A stretch of 64,000 bases of DNA, taken from IMG/VR virus record IMGVR_UViG_3300017963_004045, one strand, 5' to 3'. Below the pieces are notes generated by a model. It was not told where the DNA came from and made no database searches. It saw only the letters and a list, made by a program, of their open reading frames with translations. This DNA is from an uncultured virus (IMG/VR IMGVR_UViG_3300017963_004045) (Duplodnaviria > Heunggongvirae > Uroviricota > Caudoviricetes). Positions 48,243 through 57,585 of this stretch are shown piece by piece (position 1 is the stretch's first letter; each line of letters begins with the position of its first letter). Both the position numbers and the translations under genes were made by a program.

Positions 48243-48799
48243 GCTTCTGCCCTCTCTCTCTCTTTGACGGTATAGATGTCCAGTGGTGCTCTCATATCAG
48301 GAATTTCCTGATGAGCACCCACTATGGTCTCGATAATAGAGAGTTTGTCCATGAGCCTTTTTGCTAAGATATTTGGCTGATTATATATGGGTCTCTTGAA
48401 TATGTTCTGCTGTGGATTGGACTTAACGATGAGTAAGTCCATGTGCTGTAGTATAGTCTCGATTATCTTGACCTCAACCTTCATTTCTGGTTTCTGCAAA
48501 TCACTCAGTAGACTCCTCGCTTTCTGAATCGTTTTCCTCGCTTTCTGAACCTGACTCTTCGTCAGGGGAATCCTGTCGTCCTCTGGCAAGGGACTTGAGA
48601 GAATCGTATGATTCAACAAGTTTCTCTTTGCTCTTTGACGCAATTCCAGAAAGTTTACCGTCTCCCTTAGTGCCTCTAAGTCCCGCCTTACCAGTTTCCA
48701 ATCCCGTTGGGGAATCGACACTTTGAGATTCAATATCAGACGCTTCATTTCCGAGAGAGCCTTCTGAGGGGTGTCCACGCCCCGTCTCATCAAAGCCAC
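48239..48799 (-). CDS. Basic helical hypothetical protein
   Basis: GAGGAG SD; overlaps the 3' end of 48501-49808 by ~300 nt. Confidence 0.6.
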   Translation of the reverse strand: MALMRRGVDTPQKALSEMKRLILNLKVSIPQRDWKLVRRDLEALRETVNFLELRQRAKRNLLNHTILSSPLPEDDRIPLTKSQVQKARKTIQKARSLLSDLQKPEMKVEVKIIETILQHMDLLIVKSNPQQNIFKRPIYNQPNILAKRLMDKLSIIETIVGAHQEIPDMRAPLDIYTVKERERAEA

Positions 48800-49808
48800 G
48801 CTCCTCTTGTTCTTGTAATCTCCTTTCCATCTCGCCTATCCTGTTCAGTAGGAATGTCTGTTGGTCATCGTTGATTATGCCTTCGTGCTTCCATTTCTCG
48901 ACCATTTGCCTGTCGAATTCGGCACTCAGCGATGGCACATCAGACCGCAACGCCCTCATCCCATCATCTATCTGATTCCTCTCGATTAATACGAGCATAT
49001 CATCAATAGACTTGGAATATTTGGAAACCTCTACCTTCAACAGCCGTCTTTGATTCTCAAGAACATCCTGAGAATATTGTGCTTTCGCACTGAGATTCTC
49101 GGCAATGCCATCGGCAACTTCCTTCTGTTTTGCTAACCGAGTCTGAAGTGCTTCGAGTTTCCTCAAGCGTGTTGTCGCATCAGCCAGTCGCATCCAAACT
49201 CCATCGTGTCTCTCCTGTAGAGTCTCCAACTTAATCTGGTTCTCTTCATACAACTGCTGATACTGATAGGTTCTCTGTCGCTCTCTGATGAGTTTCCGAA
49301 GCCTCTGGTCTGACAGTTGATAACCATCGATTTGAGAAAACAAACCAATGCGGGAAACGAGCAATAGTTTTCCATTGTCAAGAACTTTGTAGCCATCTCT
49401 CGTTGGGATGAAGAATCCCTCTTTCGCAAGAGGATGTGCGATGTAGTCCTTTGGCTGTCTGATGTTCCTCGTGCCCTCGTAATAGAAGCCATTCTTGGTA
49501 GTGAAAAAGACCCGAATTAACTGGTCATTCACCTGCTTCATGCCCACATAATACCCAAGAAAGCCATTATGCTCCCAGTCATTAACATTGCTTCCCGTAA
49601 CCTCCCCGTCTACGCTAATGACAGGAGCACCCAACTCTACGGGGATGTGATAATCACCGAGAGCAAGTTTCTTGGCTATCAATTCCTTTGCCAGTTTAGA
49701 GGTCTCTACCTGACTCTCTCTTGAACGCCTCTCGAAATGCTTCGCAAGTTTATCGAATTCAGGGTGATACCCCATTCCATCAGTTTCATCTCTTTGTGCA
49801 CTGCTCAT
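48501..49808 (-). CDS. Coiled-coil protein with acidic/Ser-rich tail
   Basis: 435 aa; heptad-rich central region. Confidence 0.75.
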   Translation of the reverse strand: MSSAQRDETDGMGYHPEFDKLAKHFERRSRESQVETSKLAKELIAKKLALGDYHIPVELGAPVISVDGEVTGSNVNDWEHNGFLGYYVGMKQVNDQLIRVFFTTKNGFYYEGTRNIRQPKDYIAHPLAKEGFFIPTRDGYKVLDNGKLLLVSRIGLFSQIDGYQLSDQRLRKLIRERQRTYQYQQLYEENQIKLETLQERHDGVWMRLADATTRLRKLEALQTRLAKQKEVADGIAENLSAKAQYSQDVLENQRRLLKVEVSKYSKSIDDMLVLIERNQIDDGMRALRSDVPSLSAEFDRQMVEKWKHEGIINDDQQTFLLNRIGEMERRLQEQEERGFDETGRGHPSEGSLGNEASDIESQSVDSPTGLETGKAGLRGTKGDGKLSGIASKSKEKLVESYDSLKSLARGRQDSPDEESGSESEENDSESEESTE

Positions 49809-50407
49809 TCATCATCACCTTTCCATGTTCCTTGTGCCTTCATGATATGTCGGGTGTAATCCTCTCGGCTTCCTGTGGGATTCTTGCAACCGAACCTTCT
49901 CCGAGCCATCTTTTTCAGATTGCCAAACGGCATATCAGTCAGGAATTCTCTCGTGTATATCTTTCCCTTCTTTTCAGGTTTTACCGCAGAAGGCTTAGTT
50001 TCAGGCTCGGTTGCCACTGCGGTCTGAGGTGTTGCAACGGGTGTTGGTTTTTGCTGAGGAACAGCCTTTCCTGTCTTTGGCACTGGAGGGTGCTCTGGCT
50101 TATTATCCATGACCTTTCCAATACCTGCAAAAGACCGAGCCGTTTTTTCGATTTCCCTCAGTTCTTCCTCAAACTCCCTAATCTTGAGTTTCAGTGAGTT
50201 ATCCACGCCCCTGAGTTGGGTAATCTCCTTAGAGATGGAATCAAACCTTGAAGAAATACCCTTGTGGGAGTCGATTATGTAATCCATCAACTCTCGATTA
50301 TCCTCAGCGAACTTTGAATAGTTCATCATGCCTTGCTCCAATCTATGTAGCCGAGCATCCGTCATTCGTATGAAAGTGGCTTGTTTTTCCGCATCTTTCC
50401 CGTCCAT
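49805..50407 (-). CDS. Coiled-coil protein with Pro/Thr linker and C-terminal HeH (Rho-N-like) motif
   Basis: LTDMPFGNLKKMARRRFG...SREDYTRHI. Confidence 0.7.
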   Translation of the reverse strand: MDGKDAEKQATFIRMTDARLHRLEQGMMNYSKFAEDNRELMDYIIDSHKGISSRFDSISKEITQLRGVDNSLKLKIREFEEELREIEKTARSFAGIGKVMDNKPEHPPVPKTGKAVPQQKPTPVATPQTAVATEPETKPSAVKPEKKGKIYTREFLTDMPFGNLKKMARRRFGCKNPTGSREDYTRHIMKAQGTWKGDDE

Positions 50408-50420
50408 CTTTCACACCACC

Positions 50421-52025
50421 TTAGAAGTTCTGGAAGGGGTCTGCTCCACCGCTACCAGTCCCTTTCTTCTGTCCGCTTGGGGGAAATGCACCTGTCAACT
50501 TGAATACGATGCCCTTTTCCTTAGCAACTATTAAGACAAAGATGACGAGGATTACCCACCAGAGCCAATAATCGCCCCACATATCCCTTGATAGGGATAT
50601 TGTTTGGTCGTCCATGTCACCGCCATATTCATATTCGACAGTTACCAGTTTACCGCCAAAGAAACCGCCCTTGTCTCCACTGGACAGTGGAATTGTGCAA
50701 CTGAATGAACCCGTTGACCTTGATTTCACACTCTGTTCAAAGTTTACCTCAGCACAACTAATCTGAACTCTTGCATCGGATTTACCGTTGCCCGACCTGA
50801 CTCCAACTACCTTCCCAGTGACATAGATGTAGTCCTTATTCTCGGATTGCCTTACTGTGAAGTCCTCAATCTGGTAGGTTTCACTATAAGTAACACTCGT
50901 TGAAGCCGTCAGTCCCTCATGACTGAGGGAGAAAGTGTATGTCCCTGTTTCTGTGGTAGTGAATGTTCCAACTCCATTGCTAAGTGTAATCTGGTTGGAT
51001 GTGCTATCCGAAGTAACCTGCAAAGAGATAGATTCCTGTGGGGCTTGACCATCTATCAAAAGGGTTATTGAGGTCTGACCATCTGCTGTAAACGAAGTTG
51101 CTTGGAGACTAACCACTGGGTTGTAGGAGATTGTCTCTAAATACAATTGCCCCCCATCCTGATATTGCAGTTGATAGTTACCCTTCTCCTCTGCCTCAAG
51201 TGTTGCAGTCCCCGTAACAAGAGCCAAGTCAACCATTGTCCCATCAGGATTAACCACTCTAATAGAACCGCTTTGAATGAACCCTGTGCCTTCTTGGAAG
51301 AGGTTAATAGCATATCTATTACCCGTCTTGACTATGTTCCAAGTTATAGTTAAATTCGTGTCACCACCATTTCCACCTCCAGAAGATGATTCCTCTACCT
51401 CTATCGCTCCTTCCCAGAAGTAGTCAGTATTCTCGATACTCATCTCAACGCTGTGAGTCCCAGATTCCGTAAAAGTTATTGGAAATGACGACTTTCCATC
51501 ATGTAAGACATGGTATAACCAAAATACAGAATTACTCGGTTCAGTGACTTCAATCTCAATTATGTAGTTCTTGTCCTCAAGGTCAGATTCTTCAACCGAG
51601 AATGTGGCGGGTTCGTCAGCAACGATTTCAACAGGGTAATCCACATCTAATTGGAAAGAACCCGTCCCTTCAAAAACAACAGGTGTTGAAACAATTGTTG
51701 TCCCTACCACGACTTTCACATACCCGTCCCCCATTTGGTCGGGACTTGAAAATGTTATATTCAGAGTCCCATTAGCATCCGTCATATTGGACGCAATACC
51801 TTCAACTGTAGTCCCACTTGGAAATACGATGTCAATTCGAGCAGTGGAGTTGACTGGAAACCCCGTTCCATTGACATAGATCGTTTCCTGTGGTTGCAAA
51901 GTTGTATCAGGCTCAATCGTTACGACTGCCTGAGCACTTGCATTAAACGGTATCAGCATCGCACTGATAGTGAAGGCGACAGCCAGAAAAACTGCTATAG
52001 TTTTCATGTTGATTTTCCACCCCAT
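50421..52025 (-). CDS. Secreted multi-Ig-like protein with C-terminal TM anchor
   Basis: Signal peptide ending ASA; V.GTGFP.N; tandem beta-sandwich segments; C-terminal TM. Confidence 0.85.
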   Translation of the reverse strand: MGWKINMKTIAVFLAVAFTISAMLIPFNASAQAVVTIEPDTTLQPQETIYVNGTGFPVNSTARIDIVFPSGTTVEGIASNMTDANGTLNITFSSPDQMGDGYVKVVVGTTIVSTPVVFEGTGSFQLDVDYPVEIVADEPATFSVEESDLEDKNYIIEIEVTEPSNSVFWLYHVLHDGKSSFPITFTESGTHSVEMSIENTDYFWEGAIEVEESSSGGGNGGDTNLTITWNIVKTGNRYAINLFQEGTGFIQSGSIRVVNPDGTMVDLALVTGTATLEAEEKGNYQLQYQDGGQLYLETISYNPVVSLQATSFTADGQTSITLLIDGQAPQESISLQVTSDSTSNQITLSNGVGTFTTTETGTYTFSLSHEGLTASTSVTYSETYQIEDFTVRQSENKDYIYVTGKVVGVRSGNGKSDARVQISCAEVNFEQSVKSRSTGSFSCTIPLSSGDKGGFFGGKLVTVEYEYGGDMDDQTISLSRDMWGDYWLWWVILVIFVLIVAKEKGIVFKLTGAFPPSGQKKGTGSGGADPFQNF

Positions 52026-52079
52026 CCAGCAGTTTGTTACCAGATTTGGTAAAAATCGTCCTTTTCAGGACGAATGAAT

Positions 52080-52337
52080 CTACTCGTCACCCTCAGTTTT
52101 CATCCCCATGCTCTTTCTGACGGATTCACTCGTTTTCTGTCTGTTACAAGCAACCTTATCGTCACCTGACAACTGACCGCAATCCAGCGAACCGTCATCC
52201 TTACGGGGCATTAGGTCAATGCGTTCCTTCTTCTTCAATTCTACACAAGCCCGATAGTCTTGTCCTGCCAGTCCTTCACAAACAAGACCACCATCTTCGT
52301 CTCTTGGGAATCCTTTACCCTTCTCTTTTTCTGCCAT
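52080..52337 (-). CDS. 85-aa protein with two PRxxDGxLxCxxLxGxDxxAC repeats
   Basis: GAGGTG SD; first gene of the leftward arm. Confidence 0.8.
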   Translation of the reverse strand: MAEKEKGKGFPRDEDGGLVCEGLAGQDYRACVELKKKERIDLMPRKDDGSLDCGQLSGDDKVACNRQKTSESVRKSMGMKTEGDE

Positions 52338-52339
52338 AA

Positions 52340-53250
52340 GTAAACACCTCAGTATACACGAGATTTCGGAAATGCCCAGATTTGTGCGGACAAATCCTAA
52401 AGGTAGATGTTAGTCGAAGGATATAAATTTTTCTATTGAAAAAATAGCCCGAATTTTTCAATTGTAAAATTTCGGGCAACTCCAGACAAGCATTTTCGAC
52501 ATACACGCATATGTAGTCCCCTGTAACCACAGGACTCGCCCTGTAAATACAGGCATACCTGTCGAGTAGCACCCGCCCTGTAACCGAGTAAATGCCTGTA
52601 AGTTACTCGCATTGCATTACCGCAATGCCTCCAATACCTTTCCTCTCTGCCACGAAAAACCAGTAAAAAAATGCCTTCCAGTGCGAACCTGTAAACCAGT
52701 AACCAGTGCGAGTAACCCCAATCGGAAAATACAGGATGGGAACTCTCCCAATACCAGTAAAACCAGTTGGAACATATACTGGCGGGACTGGAATACCCGA
52801 CCAGTAATTAGGCTCAAAACTTACTGGTTTCGGTGCGAACCTTACAGGTTTCCATGCGAGTAAACCCAACCAGTAGCGTCCAGTAAGTTAAACCAGTGGG
52901 AAACCAGTAAATTCCAACGGGTATTGAAACCATGCGAATGTATTCTCATGTCTGGCTGAATAGAGTTTTTCCAATTGGAAAAACATATCCAGAGGGTAAA
53001 AATCCTATGGGAAGCCCCATTTTCGATTGAATTCATATTACAGGCTATATTTCCAATTGGAAATCACATATGAGCCAGTGCCTGTAATTACAGGCAAAAG
53101 GTTTATATACTGGTTACTGGGCAAAGGTTTATATACCCTATATCCGTTTTTCTATTATCAATCAATTGAGCCACTTCAACACCCGTTACATAATGGGGGA
53201 CGAAGTGTCGAAGGTTGATTGACACTATATAAGAAAAAAGAGGAATTCGC
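52340..53250. other. Putative replication origin / divergent control region
   Basis: Non-coding; coding strand switches here; 17 CCWGTAA copies in both orientations; several palindromes. Confidence 0.6.
53088..53136 (+). promoter_or_regulatory. Tandem duplicated BRE/TATA-like units
   Basis: TTACAGGCAAAAGGTTTATATAC (53088-53110) and TTACTGGGCAAAGGTTTATATAC (53114-53136). Confidence 0.65.
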
Positions 53251-53661
53251 ATGAAGAAAAAAGCAAAGTATATGGCTATGAAGAACGCCATTAGGCGACT
53301 TCAAGACGAGAGCGAAGCCACTTCTATAAGTGGCGGGGGCGACAGAACGACCTCTGAGAGAGGGGAAATCATCCTGTATTGCTCCTCTTGTAGAGGAAAG
53401 CAACCTCATAAGAGGGAGACGGTTGGAAGGCACAATTCCCACTATAAGCAAACCTGCATAGAGTGTGGAAGGGAGACCTTCAAGCCAGTGCCAGAGCCAG
53501 TCGGGAAGCCAATCGGTGCGTTTCTCATAGAGAAGCGGATAGATGGCAATCTGGAAGGCATGACAATGGCTGAATACCATTTCCTTACAGAGATGGGGTT
53601 GTGCCCCATTGACGAAGAGCCTTTCCTTAAAGAGAAGGGCATTCAGTTGAGGGGGCGGTAA
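53251..53661 (+). CDS. Zinc-ribbon protein
   Basis: YCSSC...CIECG. Confidence 0.7.
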   Translation: MKKKAKYMAMKNAIRRLQDESEATSISGGGDRTTSERGEIILYCSSCRGKQPHKRETVGRHNSHYKQTCIECGRETFKPVPEPVGKPIGAFLIEKRIDGNLEGMTMAEYHFLTEMGLCPIDEEPFLKEKGIQLRGR

Positions 53662-53702
53662 ACCGAGTGAAGTAACACTCGTTGAAAAGGAAGGTGAGAA
53701 AC

Positions 53703-55427
53703 TTGGAAAATTGGATAGAAGATAAGGAAAAGGGCTTGTTGAGAAAGCGGAACAACCTCTCGTCAACGGTATGTATTTGCATTACCAACGACTCTAAGAG
53801 GGTTGAGGAACTCGAAATCTTCGCTCTGAACTCTGGGCTTATCTTAGATAAGGCAGACGACATTGAGGGCGAAGCGGTTCTCGTTTATGACGACTGGACT
53901 GGTCTGGCTCGTCTTAATGAGGACGGAAGGCGTGAGACTGTAAGTCTTAGCGAAGAGGACGCTTTCGGAGACAACACCCAGACTGGTCAAGGGATACCTA
54001 TAGATATGTATCTCTCAACGATGGACGCTGAGTTGAAGCGGAAGTCTGAACGCAACACAACGGTTATCATAAAGGGGCTAATCCAGACCTCAGCACAACT
54101 CAATAAGGCACTTAACAGTTGGACAGTGGACGACACAATGATGGACTTGGACTCAACGGTTGTTGTTTTCATTCCCCGAAGGGACATCATTCCCGACTCT
54201 ATAAGGGCGAAGTGCAATGTCATTGAGATAGAGCCGAGTAACCCAGAGGAGCGAAGGGAACAGATTGTAGAGATAGCCAAGCAACTGGGCTGTCCCCCTT
54301 CTAAAGAGGAAATAGACCGTATCGTTGAGATAACTGGCGGTCTCGACAGAACCCAGTTGGAGTCAGCACTCATAGAGACAATATACTTACATAAAGACAC
54401 TCCGAACCCTATCAATCAGGAGCATATCTCTAAGTTGAAGGGCGAACTCATATCCAGAGAAGCAATCCTTACAGTGCAAATGAACGGCAACAGGGGTTTC
54501 GAGTCCGTTGGGGGCTACAAGACTCTTAAAGAGTTCATCCAGAAGCACATCATAAAAGTGCTGAACAACAGAGAGAGAGCCAACCACTTCGGCATTAACT
54601 TACCGAAGGGTGTCTTAGTGTTCGGGATGGGGGGCACTGGCAAGACCATCTTGGCGAAGGCACTGGCAAAGGAACTTGGCATACCCTTCGTAGAGTTGAA
54701 TGTCCAGAACATCTTCTCTAAGTATGTCGGTGAGAGCGAACAGCGAACTGAGGAAGCCACTAAACTTATAGACGCACTCTCTCCATGTCTGGTCTACATT
54801 GACGAGATTGACGCAATGGGCGGTCAGCGTGGGGGCACTGACTTAGATGGCGGTGCTACAAGAAAGGTAATGAGCGTTCTCATGCAGTGGTTGGCTAAGC
54901 CCCGAAACTCGTTGGTCTGGGCGACCACTAATAGAGTGCAAGACTTGGACGAAGCCTTTATGAGAGTGGGACGCTTTGACTACATTCTCCCCCAGTTCCT
55001 GCCAGACGGTGAGGCTCGAAGGGAAATCCTGAAAGTTCACTTAGAGGTTGTTCGGACAGTTCCGCACAAACTCACTAAGGGCGAACTCGAAGATATTGCC
55101 AGTCAGACCGAAGGCTACAATGGGGCTGAGGTTGAGAGTCTGGTCAATCAAGCCAGTCTTTACGCATTCGACAGCACTCGTGAGAAGGTAACATTGGACG
55201 ACTTTAAGAGGGCACTGACCGATATGAAGGTCAACAAGACCGAAAGGGCTAAGACTCAGCAAGAGTATGTCGGTTACGCCAATCAGTTCGTCAACCACAA
55301 ATCCTTCTTAGAGAAGAGCGTTGAGGAATACTCCAAGCCACTGTCCAGAGTCGAGAAGGCGAAAGCCAGACTTAAAGTAAAAGGTGAGCCAGAAGGTGAA
55401 CCAGAGAGCGAAGAGAACGAAAACTAA
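53703..55427 (+). CDS. AAA+ ATPase (Ycf46/CDC48-like; degenerate N-terminal plus intact C-terminal AAA domain)
   Basis: Walker A GMGGTGKT, pore loop SKYVGESE, Walker B VYIDEID, sensor TTN, Arg finger RVGRFD; TTG start after AGGTGA. Confidence 0.9.
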   Translation: MENWIEDKEKGLLRKRNNLSSTVCICITNDSKRVEELEIFALNSGLILDKADDIEGEAVLVYDDWTGLARLNEDGRRETVSLSEEDAFGDNTQTGQGIPIDMYLSTMDAELKRKSERNTTVIIKGLIQTSAQLNKALNSWTVDDTMMDLDSTVVVFIPRRDIIPDSIRAKCNVIEIEPSNPEERREQIVEIAKQLGCPPSKEEIDRIVEITGGLDRTQLESALIETIYLHKDTPNPINQEHISKLKGELISREAILTVQMNGNRGFESVGGYKTLKEFIQKHIIKVLNNRERANHFGINLPKGVLVFGMGGTGKTILAKALAKELGIPFVELNVQNIFSKYVGESEQRTEEATKLIDALSPCLVYIDEIDAMGGQRGGTDLDGGATRKVMSVLMQWLAKPRNSLVWATTNRVQDLDEAFMRVGRFDYILPQFLPDGEARREILKVHLEVVRTVPHKLTKGELEDIASQTEGYNGAEVESLVNQASLYAFDSTREKVTLDDFKRALTDMKVNKTERAKTQQEYVGYANQFVNHKSFLEKSVEEYSKPLSRVEKAKARLKVKGEPEGEPESEENEN

Positions 55428-55443
55428 AAGGAGCGTGATATAT

Positions 55444-55842
55444 ATGAGCCACACGAGAACCCAGAAGGTGAAAATAAAGAACGCCAATCCGAAGGTCTTA
55501 GAGGACGCAGTGGATATGCTCTGTAAGTTGATACCCGAACTCGAAAGGGTGCAGAGCATACGGGGATACGGGGGCAGTCGTTCCTCTCTTAGAAAGGGAG
55601 CGATTGCAGTCAAGCACCACAATTCCCGATATGGTCAACAGATATATCTCAATGAGAAGGGCGAAATCGTCATATCTGGCGAGTCGATGGACTACGAGAC
55701 AACGAAGTTCTTGACGAGCCAACTCAAACAGATGTATAAGACCAAAGCCACACAAATGTCCCTTAAGAAGATGGGCTACAAAACTCAAACCCAGTATGAC
55801 CACGAGAAGAAAAAGATAAAGATACTGGCTATGAGGGGGTGA
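55444..55842 (+). CDS. DUF1257 (Ycf35-like) family protein
   Basis: MSH....VKI...L..A; L.Q.Y....T...L.KMGY; lies directly after the Ycf46-like ATPase. Confidence 0.7.
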   Translation: MSHTRTQKVKIKNANPKVLEDAVDMLCKLIPELERVQSIRGYGGSRSSLRKGAIAVKHHNSRYGQQIYLNEKGEIVISGESMDYETTKFLTSQLKQMYKTKATQMSLKKMGYKTQTQYDHEKKKIKILAMRG

Positions 55843-55847
55843 ACACC

Positions 55848-56060
55848 ATGACCGAGCAATTTCTTATAGAGATTGAAGAGGATGGCGAAATGTTCGTCAA
55901 GACATCTGGCTTCTTCGGGAATGCCTGTAAGGTCGCTGGAGATAAACTGAAAGGTTTACTCTCTAAGTTGGGCGTTCAGGTCGAGACCGAAGATATAAAG
56001 CCGACTGACGAATACTACAGAGAGCAATCCCAGAGGGAAATCCAGACAACACAACAGTAA
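55848..56060 (+). CDS. DUF2997 family protein
   Basis: IEIEEDGEMFVKTSGFFGNAC...LG......PTDEYY. Confidence 0.75.
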   Translation: MTEQFLIEIEEDGEMFVKTSGFFGNACKVAGDKLKGLLSKLGVQVETEDIKPTDEYYREQSQREIQTTQQ

Positions 56061-56111
56061 GTAGCCGAAGTCGAAATCCAACACCCGTTGGAAAAAAGGA
56101 AGGTGAACACT

Positions 56112-57515
56112 ATGGGAGACGAAATACAGAGCGATAACTTTGAGGGATACCGCAACAGGTTTTTGAAAGCCAGTGCTGACGAAAACACTGAGGAACTTCG
56201 GGCAATACTCTCAGAGGCACTTAAAGACGAGACACTTCTTGAGAACGAGAAGTCTCGAATTCAGGTGTCCATCAACAAGAGCCTGAAAGCCATCGAAGGC
56301 GAACCGACACTTAAAGGGGATACCGTTGCTGGAAAGAAACTCATTGCCACGAGCCAAGACTTAGAGAATGTCCAGACCATTGGGCATTTGATAGGCTTCT
56401 CAGTGAGTGAGCGTGAGGATTATGTCTATGTGCCGAATGAAGCACTGGACAAATACTGGAACGACAACGGACTCCCCCAGAACTTTAAGCCCAATCCCAT
56501 AAGGGAGAAGGACGCTTTTAAAGTGGCTTGTCGGTCATTTGAAGGCACTGAACCAGTCAATGAGGAAATGGTCAAGACCTTCGGCTCTTCTTATAGAGTG
56601 CGATGGGATGTTACCGCACTGTCCCCCAATGAGTATCAGATTACCCGCAAGATAATCGAACTCATAAAGGACGAGAAATCCAAGAGGGACAAACTCGAAG
56701 AGAAGGTGCTGAGCCATGAGAACATCTGTAAGTTCATCATGGACGAGACCACAACCGAAGTATCTGGCAAGAGGGAAGGCACAACGAAGAAACAGGTTAC
56801 TCTCTCTTACAGGGCGATTGCCGAGAAGGACGAATACAAAGACCTCACCGCACAACTTAAAGAGCAACTCGTTGAGCAAATCGAGTGGTATAAGAACCAC
56901 ACCACTGGCAAGAAGATAAGGGACGCTATTAGAGACATGGTTTATAGGTGTCATGGCGTTAACCTCACAATGTCCAGTGGGGGAGCGTGGTTTGTGCCAG
57001 TCGAATATGAAAGCACCGTTGCCAGAATGAAGGCATTCGTTAAGTGGGTTGGCGAGAACCACACTTATATAAGTGGTCGAGCCACACTCTTGACGATACC
57101 CGTCATTGACGACTACGATGTGAAGGCTCAAATCGAGCAAGATGTCTATGCACTCGTTGAGAACCGCATGGAGAAAATGCTCAGAGACACTCTAAGGCAA
57201 CTGGAAGGCACTGACGAAGATAAGGTTGAGGAACTTCTGGCACGAAAAATCGCAGAGCATGGCAAGAACATAAAGTTGCTGGACGACTACAAGAAGATAC
57301 TCTCTAAGAAGATAAATGTCGAACTCGAATTCATCGACTACGAGAGTGCCAAGATAAAGGGCGGTAAGCAACTATCTGGAAGGGCGAAGGCATTACTCAG
57401 AAAACTGACCACTACTGACCAGTTCAATGAGAATGCCACGCCTAAGCCAGAGTCCGAGCCAGTGCCTGAGCCAGAGACAGTCCCAGAGACCGAGCCAGAG
57501 ACAGTAGCGGAATAG
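56112..57515 (+). CDS. DUF6744-like protein
   Basis: IGHLIGFSV...NGLP....P.PIREKDAF..A and GGAWFVP; PE-rich tail. Confidence 0.55.
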   Translation: MGDEIQSDNFEGYRNRFLKASADENTEELRAILSEALKDETLLENEKSRIQVSINKSLKAIEGEPTLKGDTVAGKKLIATSQDLENVQTIGHLIGFSVSEREDYVYVPNEALDKYWNDNGLPQNFKPNPIREKDAFKVACRSFEGTEPVNEEMVKTFGSSYRVRWDVTALSPNEYQITRKIIELIKDEKSKRDKLEEKVLSHENICKFIMDETTTEVSGKREGTTKKQVTLSYRAIAEKDEYKDLTAQLKEQLVEQIEWYKNHTTGKKIRDAIRDMVYRCHGVNLTMSSGGAWFVPVEYESTVARMKAFVKWVGENHTYISGRATLLTIPVIDDYDVKAQIEQDVYALVENRMEKMLRDTLRQLEGTDEDKVEELLARKIAEHGKNIKLLDDYKKILSKKINVELEFIDYESAKIKGGKQLSGRAKALLRKLTTTDQFNENATPKPESEPVPEPETVPETEPETVAE

Positions 57516-57559
57516 GGCTTCGGCAGAGTCCAACACCCGTTGGAATTTGCCGAGTCCCT
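57514..57559. other. Hairpin centred on a YAAC-ACCC-GTTR site
   Basis: AGGGCTTCGGCAGAGTCCAAC-ACCC-GTTGGAATTTGCCGAGTCCCT. Confidence 0.6.
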
Positions 57560-57585
57560 CTTATATATTCGCAAGAGGTGAGCGT

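Noticed and set aside
2179..51353. Numerous plus-strand ORFs in the left arm (e.g. 5568-6254, 6768-7565, 14098-14877)
   Set aside because: Antisense shadows of SD-led, tightly packed minus-strand genes, with Ser/Phe/Leu-biased composition
52315..53291. Short ORFs across the divergent region
   Set aside because: They arise from heptamer repeats, have no SD and show low-complexity translations
53703..55427. Calling the ATPase cdc48, vps4/cdvC or ftsH
   Set aside because: No CDC48 N-domain with two intact rings, MIT domain or protease domain recognised; the neighbourhood fits Ycf46-like, so no gene symbol is given
57440..57510. Borg-type perfect tandem nucleotide repeats
   Set aside because: The PE/ET-rich tail is imperfect and short; no long perfect tandem arrays were seen in the window
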